DNA of 64,000 bases from Candidatus Latescibacterota bacterium (GTDB taxonomy: Bacteria; Latescibacterota; UBA2968; UBA8231): the NCBI GenBank assembly GCA_965204725.1, contig OZ242005.1, forward strand, positions 1,600,001 to 1,664,000, given 5' to 3'. A program made the translations under genes and the position numbers. The notes below the pieces were generated by a model, which saw only the letters and a program-made list of their open reading frames with translations, had not been told where the DNA came from and did no database searches. Below are positions 37,114 through 46,311 of the stretch, piece by piece. Each line of letters opens with the position of its first letter. Position 1 is the stretch's first letter.

Positions 37114-40100
37114 GGTACTCGGCGTACTACATCGTCTGCGTTCTCGCGCTGACCGCTAATGGCGGCTGGGCGCGCGAGGGCGGAGTGCGCGAAACGGTGG
37201 CGTATCTATCGGCCCTCGGCTCGCGGGTGAGCGGCTATCCCGGGGCTGCGGCTGCGGCCGATTGGGTCGAGCGCCGCATGCGCGCGAGCGGGCTGGCCGA
37301 CGTCGTGCGCGAGCCCTTTGCGGTCACCGTGCCCATCGATCAAGGGGGCGAGTTGCTGCTCCCAGAGAGCGGGGAGCGCCATGCCCTCTACGGCCTGTGG
37401 CCCAACTTGGTCCGCACCCCGACCTTACCCGAATACGCCGGCGAGATGATCTACGGCGGGGACGGCGAGTGGGACGATTACGCTGGCCGCGAACTCAACG
37501 GCCGGGTGGTGCTGATGGAGTTCAATAGCTGGAGTCGCTGGTTGCAGGTTGCTTCGCTGGGGGCGCGCGCCGTCGTCTTTATCGAGCCGGAGGAGACCAC
37601 GCGCAGTCAAGCGATGGCCAAGTACTCGACCGCGCCGCTGGACATCCCGCGCTTTTGGATCGCCCGAGCGGCCGGGTTGCAGCTAAAAGAGCGGTTGCGC
37701 GACCGCCCGACGCCCGTAGTGCTCAAGGGGCGCATGGACTGGCAGCGTGAGACCGCGTGGAATATCTGGGGCCGATTCCCGGGCACCGACCCCGCGCTGG
37801 CCGACGAGACCATTGTCATTGAAAGCTACTACGACGGCATGTCGGTGGTGCCGGCCTTGGCCCCGGCGGCCGAAGCGACCAGCGGGATCGCCGCGTTGCT
37901 GGCGCTGGCCGAGCATCTGGGGCGGCATCCCCCGCGGCGGCCGGTCGTGCTGGTGGCTACCGGGGCGCATTTCCAAGCGCAGCAGGGCATTGTCCACTTT
38001 CTAGAGCGCCACGCCCGCCGCCATCCTTACTACGCCAAGCGGATGGAAGAGCCGCTCAAGCCCAAGCTCTTTATCTGCCTAGACCTGACGAGTCAGTCGG
38101 CTGGGCTGGGGCTTTGGAACAATACCGATAGCTACGATCTCAAGCGGTTCTTCGTGCCGTTTGGGCGGCGTTTTACGGCCTACGCCGAGGAGGAGGCCGC
38201 TCGGTTAGGTCTTGAGCAGGAGCGGCCGCTCGCCAATGGGATCAGCCCGATTCGCGGCATGGACTGGTCGACCTTTGTGCCGGGAGGAGTCTCGGTCAGT
38301 GGAATGCAGGCTCTGAGCGCGGGGATTGTCTCCCTGTCGTTGGTGACTGTCAACGACGCCCGCTATATCGTCGATACCCCGCTCGATACGCCCGAGCGGA
38401 TGAACCTCGACAATCTGGCCCGCCAAAGCCGCTTGCTCAACGCCCTGCTGGCGCGGGCCGTCAACGACGAGGCCCTGTTTGCCGATCTCGAAGACTTTGG
38501 CCCCGTGCTCAAGGACAAATTGCGCTCTCTGCGGGTCAAGGTCCGCTCGTTCCCGCGCCGCAGCCAAGTGCCCGATCGGCCGATCGGCGACGCCTTGGTC
38601 GTGGTGGCCCCTTGGTTCAAGTCCCACAAGGGCGTGCGCTTGGCGCAGTACCACCTCACCGACGGGCAGGGCGTCGCCGACATCGCTGGCTTGCGGACCG
38701 GAGCCTATCCGGTGGCGGCCTACCAAGTCAATCCGACGACCGGCGCGATTGCATTCGCGCCCGATCTTTCGGAACGGGCGCAAGAGTTCAGCGGCGCGGT
38801 CGTGAACGGGTGGATGATTGACAGCAAAGTTCGCTGGAATACCAACGACCGGACCATCGTGGTCTTTCCCTGCATTGCGCGGCCCTTCTACAGCATGATT
38901 GACCCGCGCTATCTGCGGTCGTTTGGCGAGATCAAGGTCGTCAATCGCAGCGGGGTGCCGCCGCGGCAGTTTGGGCTGGCGCGGGGGTTTGACACCGGCG
39001 AGGCCGTCGGCGTGGTCTTTGGGCCGCAGGACGCGGCCGCGGACGACGGCATCAAGCTGCTCATCGACAACCGCCTGCTCTTGCTCAATAGCGAGGGGTC
39101 GGAAAGCGAGGCGCGGGCGCGGGGGCGGGGCTACGTGCTGCGAGAGGACTTGCTGACCCGCACCGGGATGCTGGCCGTGGAGGACATGTGGCAGCTCAAC
39201 GAGGCGCGGCTGCACACCTTGCGCAAACACGCCATTGAAAACCAGTACTTGGCCCGGTTGCACCAGCGCGGCCAAACCCTGATCAAAAAGGCGCGACAGG
39301 CCGAAGAAGCGCGAGATTGGGAGCGCTACGTCGGGCATGTCCGGGCCGCGCTGGGGGTGACCGTTCGCGCGTACCCGGAAGTGCTAAGGACGCTCAACGA
39401 CGTCATCAGCGGGATGGTGTTTTTCCTCGCCTTGGTCATCCCGACGGCCTTTCTCGGGGAGCGGTTGCTGTTTGCGACGGCCGATATTCGCCGGCAGCTC
39501 GCCGGCTTTGGCGGGTTGTTGCTTTTGATTTGGATCGTCATTTCCCAAGTTCACCCGGCCTTTGCCATTGCCCATCCGCTGGTGATCTTGCTGGCCTTTG
39601 CGATCATGGCGATGGCGGCGTTTGTCTTGGCCATGATTAGCTCCCGCTTCAATCGCTACATGCGGGCTTATCAGGCGCGGGAAGCCCACGTCCACGAGAC
39701 CGATATTAGCCGCGCCAGTGCCAGCTACGCGGCCTTTATGCTCGGCATTTCCAATATGCGCCGGCGCAAGCTGCGCACCGGGCTGACCTTGCTGACCTTG
39801 GTCCTGCTGACCTTTACGGTGCTCTCCTTTACCTCGTTCAGTACGCAGGTCCGCTACATGGCCTTTGCCATGGACCACGAGGGGACCTACGAAGGGGTGC
39901 TAATCCGCGACCGCAACTGGGATGTGCTCAACCGCCCGACGCTCGACTACGCCCGCTCCCACTTTGCCGCGGAGGGGGTCGTCGTGCCGCGCAACTGGTA
40001 TATCGCCTTTGACGACGAGCAGAAAAAGTACATCGAGATCACGGGCGATACGTCGGTGGTGCGGGCGACCGGAATGCTGGGGCTGATGCCCGAGGAAGTG

Positions 40101-41510
40101 CGCGTCACCGGCATTGACCAAGCGTTGGTGGGAGGGAGCTTCTTTGAGCGCGAGGCCGAGGCGACTTGTCTGATGGCCGAGAGCATGGCCGAGGCGCTGG
40201 GCATCGGGCTGGGCGAGTTGGGCACGGCGACCGTGCGGGTTTTTGGCCGGGACTTGGTGGTGCGGGGCGTGTTCGATCCCGACCGCTTTGAGGCGGTCCG
40301 CGACCTCGACGACGAGCCCCTGACCCCGGCCGATTTTCAGATGTCGAGCACCCAAGCCTTGGGGCCGGTCGCGCAGGACGATATGAGCATCGCCTTAGAA
40401 GAATCCGCGCTCGACATTCGTCCCTTTATCCACTTAGAGTCCGACAACGTGCTGGTCTTGCCCTACGGGACGCTGCGGGAGGCGGGGGGCACGTTGCGCT
40501 CGGTCGCGGTGCAGCTAGCGGACGGGACGCACGGTCAGGCATTGATCGAGGATTTTCTCCTGCGGCTGGCCATTACCCTGTTTGCTGGCCTGAAGGAGCC
40601 GGGCGAAGCCGCCGTTAAGGTGTTTTCCTACACCTCGATTGGGGTGCCCGATGTCGAGGGCTTGGGGGCCTTGGTGATCCCGATGTTTATCGCGGCACTC
40701 ATCGTGCTCAATGCGATGATGGGGGCCGTGTATGAGCGCTTCCGCGAGATCGGCATTTACTCGTCCGTGGGCTTGGCCCCGCTGCACATTGCCCTGCTCT
40801 TTGTGGCCGAGGCCTGCGTCTATGCGATCATGGGCGTCACCTTGGGCTATATTCTCGGCCAGAGCTTGGGCAAGGTCCTCATCGCGCTGGACTTGTTGCA
40901 GGGCATGAGCCTCAATTACTCGTCCATGGCGGCGATTGTCTCGTCCCTGATCGTAATGGCGGTGGTCTTGCTTTCGACCATATATCCGGCCCGGGTCGCG
41001 GCCCGCACGGCCGTGCCCGATATGGTCCGTCGTTGGACGCCGCCGGCCCCGGATGGGGATCGCTGGGAAATGGAGTTCCCCTTTATGGTCAGCGAGGGGG
41101 AAGTGCGGGGGCTGTGTGGATTCTTGGCCGGGTACTTCAGCGCCTATAGCGAGGATTCCATCGGCGACTTCTACGCCGAGAAGGTCCAGTTGGTCGCCGA
41201 AGACAGCGAGCGCGGGCCAGAGTACGGAGTGCAGCTTTTGCTCTGGTTGGCCCCATTCGACATGGGGGTGAGCCAGTTCATGCAGCTTGAATTTTTGCCG
41301 ACCGAGGTCCAATCCGTCTATACGGTGGAGATTTACATTCAGCGGATCAGCGGTCAGGACACCTTCTGGCAGCGGGTCAACCACCGCTTTATCAATGGGT
41401 TGCGCAAAGAGTTCCTGCTCTGGCACACGCTGCCCGAGGCCTCTAAGGCCCACCATCGTCAGGTCGCCGAGCAGATGTTGGCCGCAACCCAAGCGGAGCC
41501 TGTGGAATGA
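37110..41510 (+). CDS. large secreted/membrane protein: PA + M28-peptidase-like domain, TM bundle, FtsX-like permease domain
   Basis: ATGA overlap with the upstream gene; signal peptide; SRVSGYPG, ESYYD; ISNMRRRKLRTGLT; MGAVYERFREIGIYSSVGL; TIYPARVAAR. Confidence 0.82.
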   Translation: MRYSAYYIVCVLALTANGGWAREGGVRETVAYLSALGSRVSGYPGAAAAADWVERRMRASGLADVVREPFAVTVPIDQGGELLLPESGERHALYGLWPNLVRTPTLPEYAGEMIYGGDGEWDDYAGRELNGRVVLMEFNSWSRWLQVASLGARAVVFIEPEETTRSQAMAKYSTAPLDIPRFWIARAAGLQLKERLRDRPTPVVLKGRMDWQRETAWNIWGRFPGTDPALADETIVIESYYDGMSVVPALAPAAEATSGIAALLALAEHLGRHPPRRPVVLVATGAHFQAQQGIVHFLERHARRHPYYAKRMEEPLKPKLFICLDLTSQSAGLGLWNNTDSYDLKRFFVPFGRRFTAYAEEEAARLGLEQERPLANGISPIRGMDWSTFVPGGVSVSGMQALSAGIVSLSLVTVNDARYIVDTPLDTPERMNLDNLARQSRLLNALLARAVNDEALFADLEDFGPVLKDKLRSLRVKVRSFPRRSQVPDRPIGDALVVVAPWFKSHKGVRLAQYHLTDGQGVADIAGLRTGAYPVAAYQVNPTTGAIAFAPDLSERAQEFSGAVVNGWMIDSKVRWNTNDRTIVVFPCIARPFYSMIDPRYLRSFGEIKVVNRSGVPPRQFGLARGFDTGEAVGVVFGPQDAAADDGIKLLIDNRLLLLNSEGSESEARARGRGYVLREDLLTRTGMLAVEDMWQLNEARLHTLRKHAIENQYLARLHQRGQTLIKKARQAEEARDWERYVGHVRAALGVTVRAYPEVLRTLNDVISGMVFFLALVIPTAFLGERLLFATADIRRQLAGFGGLLLLIWIVISQVHPAFAIAHPLVILLAFAIMAMAAFVLAMISSRFNRYMRAYQAREAHVHETDISRASASYAAFMLGISNMRRRKLRTGLTLLTLVLLTFTVLSFTSFSTQVRYMAFAMDHEGTYEGVLIRDRNWDVLNRPTLDYARSHFAAEGVVVPRNWYIAFDDEQKKYIEITGDTSVVRATGMLGLMPEEVRVTGIDQALVGGSFFEREAEATCLMAESMAEALGIGLGELGTATVRVFGRDLVVRGVFDPDRFEAVRDLDDEPLTPADFQMSSTQALGPVAQDDMSIALEESALDIRPFIHLESDNVLVLPYGTLREAGGTLRSVAVQLADGTHGQALIEDFLLRLAITLFAGLKEPGEAAVKVFSYTSIGVPDVEGLGALVIPMFIAALIVLNAMMGAVYERFREIGIYSSVGLAPLHIALLFVAEACVYAIMGVTLGYILGQSLGKVLIALDLLQGMSLNYSSMAAIVSSLIVMAVVLLSTIYPARVAARTAVPDMVRRWTPPAPDGDRWEMEFPFMVSEGEVRGLCGFLAGYFSAYSEDSIGDFYAEKVQLVAEDSERGPEYGVQLLLWLAPFDMGVSQFMQLEFLPTEVQSVYTVEIYIQRISGQDTFWQRVNHRFINGLRKEFLLWHTLPEASKAHHRQVAEQMLAATQAEPVE

Positions 41511-44500
41511 GCGAAGCGTTTTCTCAGAGAGTGGCTGGGTTTTTTCAGCGGCTGTTTAACCGCGAGTCAAAAAACGAGCGCCAATGGGCCGAGGTCGAAG
41601 AGTACCGCTCCTTGCTCGAACCGCCCGACCGCTTTGAGGAAGGCTTTACGATCCGCACCGTAATTGGCGTGCTCTTTATCTCGCTAATCATGACCCCCGG
41701 CGAGATGTTCCTCGGGCTGTACACGGGGGGCGGCATTGGCCAGGCAGCGCAATGGGTGACGGTGATCCTCTTTCTCGAGATCTCCAAACGCTCATTCACC
41801 TCGCTCAAGCGCCAAGAGATCTACCTGCTCGTGTACGTGGCCTCGGCCTTGGTCGTCCGTGAGGAAGGCGCGTTCCTCGACTTGCTCTGGCGTCAGTATT
41901 TCGTGAGTTCGCCCGAAGCCGAGCAATTCGGGATCGCGCGCAGTTTGCCGTCGTGGTGGGTGCCCCCGGCCGATTCAGAGGCCATTGCCGAGCGGACCTT
42001 TATCCACGAAGACTGGCGGACCCCGATCCTGCTGTTGGTGCTGGGGACGATCATGGGCCGCATCGCTTGGTTTACGTCCGGTTACATGCTGTTCCGGCTG
42101 ACCTCGGACCGCGAGCAATTGCCCTTTCCCACCGCGCCGATGTCGGCGTTGGGCGCCATGGCCCTAGCCGAGGATTCCGGGGCTGAACAGGAGACATGGA
42201 AGTGGCCGATTTTCAGCATCGGCGCGGTCATTGGGGCGTCGTTCGGTCTCATCTATGTAGGGGTCCCGGTCATCACTGAACTCTGGGGGTCCAAAGTGGA
42301 GATCTTGCCGATTCCCTTCTGGGATTTGACGCCCTATTTCGGCAACATCTTACCGGCCACGCCGCTGGGGATCACCATGCACTTGGGGCCGGTATTCGCG
42401 GGGCTGTTCATGCCCTTCTGGTCGGTGATAGGCTCCTTTGCCGGGGTGATGCTGCACACGGCCGTCAGCCCGTTGCTCTACGAAATGGGCTATCTCCCGA
42501 GCTGGGAGATCGGCATGGGGACCATCCGCACCCAGATCGTCACTAGGATCGACTTTTGGCAAGCCTTTTCCATTGGCATCACCCTTGCCGTGACCGCTGT
42601 CAGCTTTTACCAACTCTTTGCCACTGGTCGCCAGAAGCGGGCCGAACTGCGAGATAAACTGCGACTTGAGAAAGCCGATCTGCCAACTGTGTGTCAGCAC
42701 TCGGACTGCCACCACCCGGCCGAAGTGAGGGGATACTGCTTAAAGCACCTCGGGCGCGGCGATTTCAATATGTGGGTCTGCGCTTCGCTGTTTTGCGTCG
42801 CGGCCATCTATCCGATCGTCTTGGCCAAGAGCTTGTTTCCCACGTTGGTCAGCACCGGCCTGTTGGTGCTTTTCGTGCTCATCGCCTTTGTCTATGCGCC
42901 GATCATGTCCTTTGTCAGCGCTCGGCTCGACGGCTTGGTTGGCCGGGAGATTTCGATCCCCTATGTCGAGCAAGCCATCCGCTTTATGACCGGCTTTCGC
43001 GGGGTTGAAATCTGGTTCGTGCCCTTTCCGACCCGCAACTTCGGCGGGCACGCCGAGCAGTTTAGGGTCGTCGAACTGACCGGGATGAAGTTTACCAGCC
43101 TGCTCAAGGCCGAGATCTTTATGTTGCCCATCGTCTTTGCGGTGAGTCTGATGTACTGGACCTTCCTTTGGCGCTTGGCCCCTATCCCTTCGGAGAGCTA
43201 CCCGTACGCGCAAAGAATGTGGCCGCTGCAGGCCTTTGAACAAGCGATGTTTTTATCGAGCACGATGTACAACAAAATGTGGCGCGCCGGGGAGGAGGTG
43301 GAAGGGGAGGTCGTGCCCAGCGGGCAAGTCGTGTGGAGCCCGAGCAATTTGCAGGACGGCCGCTGGTGGTACTGGCGGGTGAGTACCACGCGAGACTTGG
43401 AGGTGCCCGATCCGGTCAAGCGCGATTATGGCCCTTGGTCGCAGACGAGGTACTTCTACACGGACTTCAGCGGCGGGGACGCACCACCGCCGCCAGAGGC
43501 CGCCCAGCAGATCGACGCCGAGGCGGGTACTCGGTCGGATGGCCCCCAGCTACTTTGGCCCCCCAACGGCATGGCCCTTGCCACGCCAAACCCCAACTTC
43601 CGGGCCGCGGTCGATTTGGCCCCGGGCGATTCGGTTGACTTCTATTTTGAAGTGGATCTCCTGCCCAGCTTTGACGGCGAGTTTTTGCAGCGCTCTTCGG
43701 ACCGGCCCCTGCTCTTTGAGGTCTTGTGGGAGGACATGCAGTTTACGGGCAATCACAAGGACGACGACGGCGACTTCAATATCGCGGTTCTCGTCGCGGG
43801 CGTGGAGCCAGAAGGGCTGGGAGATCAGCTTGGACTAGCGGAAGGCGACCGCCTCCGTGCGGTAAACGACGTCGAACTCCGTGTGCCCCAATGGGATACG
43901 GAGCGAATCGACCGGTATTTTACCGCCGGCGCGGACTCGGTGTTTGCCGCTTGGGAACGGGACGAGAAGACCATGCGTCGAGCGGTGGTGCGCCGGCCGG
44001 GGGAGAGCTTGGGCTTGGAATTTGCGACGACGGACTCGTCTTTTATCAGACGCATTGCCGTGCCCGTGAGCAGATGGGGCAGGAACCTATTGGGACTGGA
44101 ACTTGGCTGGACCGAGTACGAAGTGGTGCGCGTCGCGGCCGTGGCCGAGGATGGATTGGGCCACCGCTTGGGCTTGCAAGCCGGCGACCATCTTAGGACG
44201 ATCAACGGCCGGGGTATCGACGAGGATACGTGGCGCAGCGAGGAGGTCGTTGCCGCTTTTGCCGCGGTCGTGGAGGAGACGGCGACCGGGGTGCTAGTCG
44301 AGTGGGAGCGGGATGGGGACCGACGCGAAGGGTGGGTGGCCGCAGCGTCGCTCGTCCAGCCGGGGCTGATCTATCGGGAGGGGGCTGTCGAGGGCCGCGA
44401 CGAGGAGCTGGTCAACAACAAAGACGACGATGGCGACGGCCTGATCGACGAGGATACGCACCATCCTCTCGACGGCAAGAAGTGGCCCATCATCATTGGC

Positions 44501-44791
44501 GCGGCCGGCTTCGGCTTGGCCGCGTACTTTGCCATGGCCTTTTTGGGAATGCCGATCTTTCTGATCTGGGGCTACGTCCAGAGCGTCAACGGCATCCCAC
44601 ACGCCCTCATTCCGCAAATCATTGGCGCCCTGCTAGCTAGGCACTACTTCTGGAAGCGGTACGGCAAGCAGCAATGGCGTCAATACGCCATGGTCTTGAG
44701 CGTGGGCTTTGGGGTGGGCATGGCACTGGTCGGCATGTTTAGCGCGGCCCTGTCGATGATCAAAAAAGCCGTTTCTTCCCTCGCCTATTGA
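41507..44791 (+). CDS. OPT-superfamily-like membrane protein with large extracytoplasmic insert
   Basis: ATGA overlap; FEEGFTIRTVIG, AAQWVTVILF.E, SDREQLPFP, PIPSESYPY, SVGFGVG motifs. Confidence 0.75.
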   Translation: MSEAFSQRVAGFFQRLFNRESKNERQWAEVEEYRSLLEPPDRFEEGFTIRTVIGVLFISLIMTPGEMFLGLYTGGGIGQAAQWVTVILFLEISKRSFTSLKRQEIYLLVYVASALVVREEGAFLDLLWRQYFVSSPEAEQFGIARSLPSWWVPPADSEAIAERTFIHEDWRTPILLLVLGTIMGRIAWFTSGYMLFRLTSDREQLPFPTAPMSALGAMALAEDSGAEQETWKWPIFSIGAVIGASFGLIYVGVPVITELWGSKVEILPIPFWDLTPYFGNILPATPLGITMHLGPVFAGLFMPFWSVIGSFAGVMLHTAVSPLLYEMGYLPSWEIGMGTIRTQIVTRIDFWQAFSIGITLAVTAVSFYQLFATGRQKRAELRDKLRLEKADLPTVCQHSDCHHPAEVRGYCLKHLGRGDFNMWVCASLFCVAAIYPIVLAKSLFPTLVSTGLLVLFVLIAFVYAPIMSFVSARLDGLVGREISIPYVEQAIRFMTGFRGVEIWFVPFPTRNFGGHAEQFRVVELTGMKFTSLLKAEIFMLPIVFAVSLMYWTFLWRLAPIPSESYPYAQRMWPLQAFEQAMFLSSTMYNKMWRAGEEVEGEVVPSGQVVWSPSNLQDGRWWYWRVSTTRDLEVPDPVKRDYGPWSQTRYFYTDFSGGDAPPPPEAAQQIDAEAGTRSDGPQLLWPPNGMALATPNPNFRAAVDLAPGDSVDFYFEVDLLPSFDGEFLQRSSDRPLLFEVLWEDMQFTGNHKDDDGDFNIAVLVAGVEPEGLGDQLGLAEGDRLRAVNDVELRVPQWDTERIDRYFTAGADSVFAAWERDEKTMRRAVVRRPGESLGLEFATTDSSFIRRIAVPVSRWGRNLLGLELGWTEYEVVRVAAVAEDGLGHRLGLQAGDHLRTINGRGIDEDTWRSEEVVAAFAAVVEETATGVLVEWERDGDRREGWVAAASLVQPGLIYREGAVEGRDEELVNNKDDDGDGLIDEDTHHPLDGKKWPIIIGAAGFGLAAYFAMAFLGMPIFLIWGYVQSVNGIPHALIPQIIGALLARHYFWKRYGKQQWRQYAMVLSVGFGVGMALVGMFSAALSMIKKAVSSLAY

Positions 44792-44796
44792 GGGGG

Positions 44797-44825
44797 TTTA
44801 CAAAGTCTATTCGCGCTTGTATTTT
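44797..44825 (+). promoter_or_regulatory. putative promoter for the J-domain/PspA cluster, near-leaderless
   Basis: TTTACA-17 bp-TATTTT ending 8 bp before the ATG; no SD visible. Confidence 0.4.
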
Positions 44826-44833
44826 CGCCGATT

Positions 44834-45157
44834 ATGGACTTGCTTACGCGCCTATTCCGCGTCGTGCGGGCGCACACTGCGGCCCGCGAGCACACGCATT
44901 GGCAGCCCCCGCCGCCGGCTCCGGCCCTAACCGAACCCTCCGCCCTCGCTGGGTATTACGCCAATCTGGAGCTCCCAGATGGAGCGAGTCTGGCCGAGGT
45001 GAAGGCCGCGTGGAAGCGGCTGATGAAGCAGTACCATCCCGACCGCCACGCCCAAGACCCTGCCAAGCGCGCGGTGGCCAACGCGCTGTGCGCCGAGTTG
45101 ACGCACGCCTACAAAGAGTTGGAAAAGTCCCTGACCACCCATGACCCATTACACTAG
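44834..45157 (+). CDS. small J-domain (DnaJ-like) protein
   Basis: YYANLEL..GAS.AEVKAAWKRLMKQYHPDR. Confidence 0.88.
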   Translation: MDLLTRLFRVVRAHTAAREHTHWQPPPPAPALTEPSALAGYYANLELPDGASLAEVKAAWKRLMKQYHPDRHAQDPAKRAVANALCAELTHAYKELEKSLTTHDPLH

Positions 45158-45175
45158 ACAGATTGGAGGCAGCTT

Positions 45176-45568
45176 ATGGCTGATTTTGCCACTGTAAAGG
45201 AGTACGTTCTCGAGCTGGGCTTTGCCATCGCCGAGGAGATTCCCGAAGAGGAAATCGTCATTGTCAACGACGAGGAGCGCGGAGTGCAAAACTTGGTGGT
45301 TGATTGCGAGGATACGGTGCTGGTGATCGAGCAACTCATCATCAAGGTCGCGGCCGAGGCCGCCGAGGCGCACAAGCGGATTTTGCAGATGAACCGCGAC
45401 TTGATCTTTGGGGCCTTCGTCCTCAATGAGGAAGGCGATGGGCTGCTCTATCGCAATACGCTGGCACTGGAGAATTTGGACTTAAACGAACTGGAAAGCA
45501 CCATCAACTCCCTCGGTCTCGGCTTGGCCGAGCACGGGGAGGAATTACTGGGTTTTGCCGCCCAATAG
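45176..45568 (+). CDS. YbjN / CesT-Tir chaperone-fold protein
   Basis: Small acidic protein, ILQMNRDLIFGAFVL, YRNTLALENLDLNELE; typical pspA neighbour. Confidence 0.75.
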   Translation: MADFATVKEYVLELGFAIAEEIPEEEIVIVNDEERGVQNLVVDCEDTVLVIEQLIIKVAAEAAEAHKRILQMNRDLIFGAFVLNEEGDGLLYRNTLALENLDLNELESTINSLGLGLAEHGEELLGFAAQ

Positions 45569-45587
45569 GAGGATAGGAGGATAGGAC

Positions 45588-46298
45588 ATGGCAGGTATAT
45601 TTCAACGCTTGTTTAAGACGGGGCAGGCCGAAGCCCACTCCTTAGTGGATAAGCTCGAAGACCCAATCAAGATGAGCGAGCAGGCGATCCGCGACTTAAA
45701 AAAGGACTTGCAGGACAGCCTCAAGGCCCTCGCCGAGGTCAAGGCGATTGCCATTCGGCTCAACCGCGAGTCCACCGACCACCACCGGCGCGCGGCCGAC
45801 TACGAGCGCAAGGCCATGCTGCTGTTGCAAAAGGCCGAGTCCGGCCAGATGGAGGAAGCCGAAGCCGACCGCTTGGCGCGCGAGGCCCTGACCCGGGTCG
45901 AGGAAGCCCAGAGCCGGCACGCCGAGACCTCCCAACAGGCCCAAGCCCAACAGGCGATGGCCGACAAGCTCCAGAGCAATGTCAACGATTTGAAGTCGAA
46001 AATCGCCTCGTACGAAAACGACCTAGTAACCCTCAAGGCGCGCACCAAAACCGCCAACGCCACCCGCAAAATCAACCAGCACTTGGCCAACATCGACTCC
46101 AAGGGCACCACGGCCTTGCTAGAGCGGATGAAGGAAAAGGCCGAAGAGCAGGAAGCGCTGGCCGAGGCTTACGGCGATATGGGCGACGCGGCCACGGCCG
46201 TTGAAGACGAGATCGACAAGGCCCTCGCCGACAGCAAAGGTGCCAAGGTCGATGACTCGCTCGCCCAGCTCAAGGCCAAAATGAAGACGGCCAAGTAA
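45588..46298 (+). CDS. pspA: PspA/IM30 (bacterial ESCRT-III) family protein
   Basis: N-terminal amphipathic GIFQRLF, DKLEDP.KM.EQAIRD, coiled coil, LERMKEK, LAQLKAKM. Confidence 0.92.
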   Translation: MAGIFQRLFKTGQAEAHSLVDKLEDPIKMSEQAIRDLKKDLQDSLKALAEVKAIAIRLNRESTDHHRRAADYERKAMLLLQKAESGQMEEAEADRLAREALTRVEEAQSRHAETSQQAQAQQAMADKLQSNVNDLKSKIASYENDLVTLKARTKTANATRKINQHLANIDSKGTTALLERMKEKAEEQEALAEAYGDMGDAATAVEDEIDKALADSKGAKVDDSLAQLKAKMKTAK

Positions 46299-46311
46299 GG
46301 GCTGCCTTGGG

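Noticed and set aside
45566-45587. Tandem TAGGAGGA duplication before pspA
   Set aside because: A simple duplicated SD; no evidence of function beyond ribosome binding.
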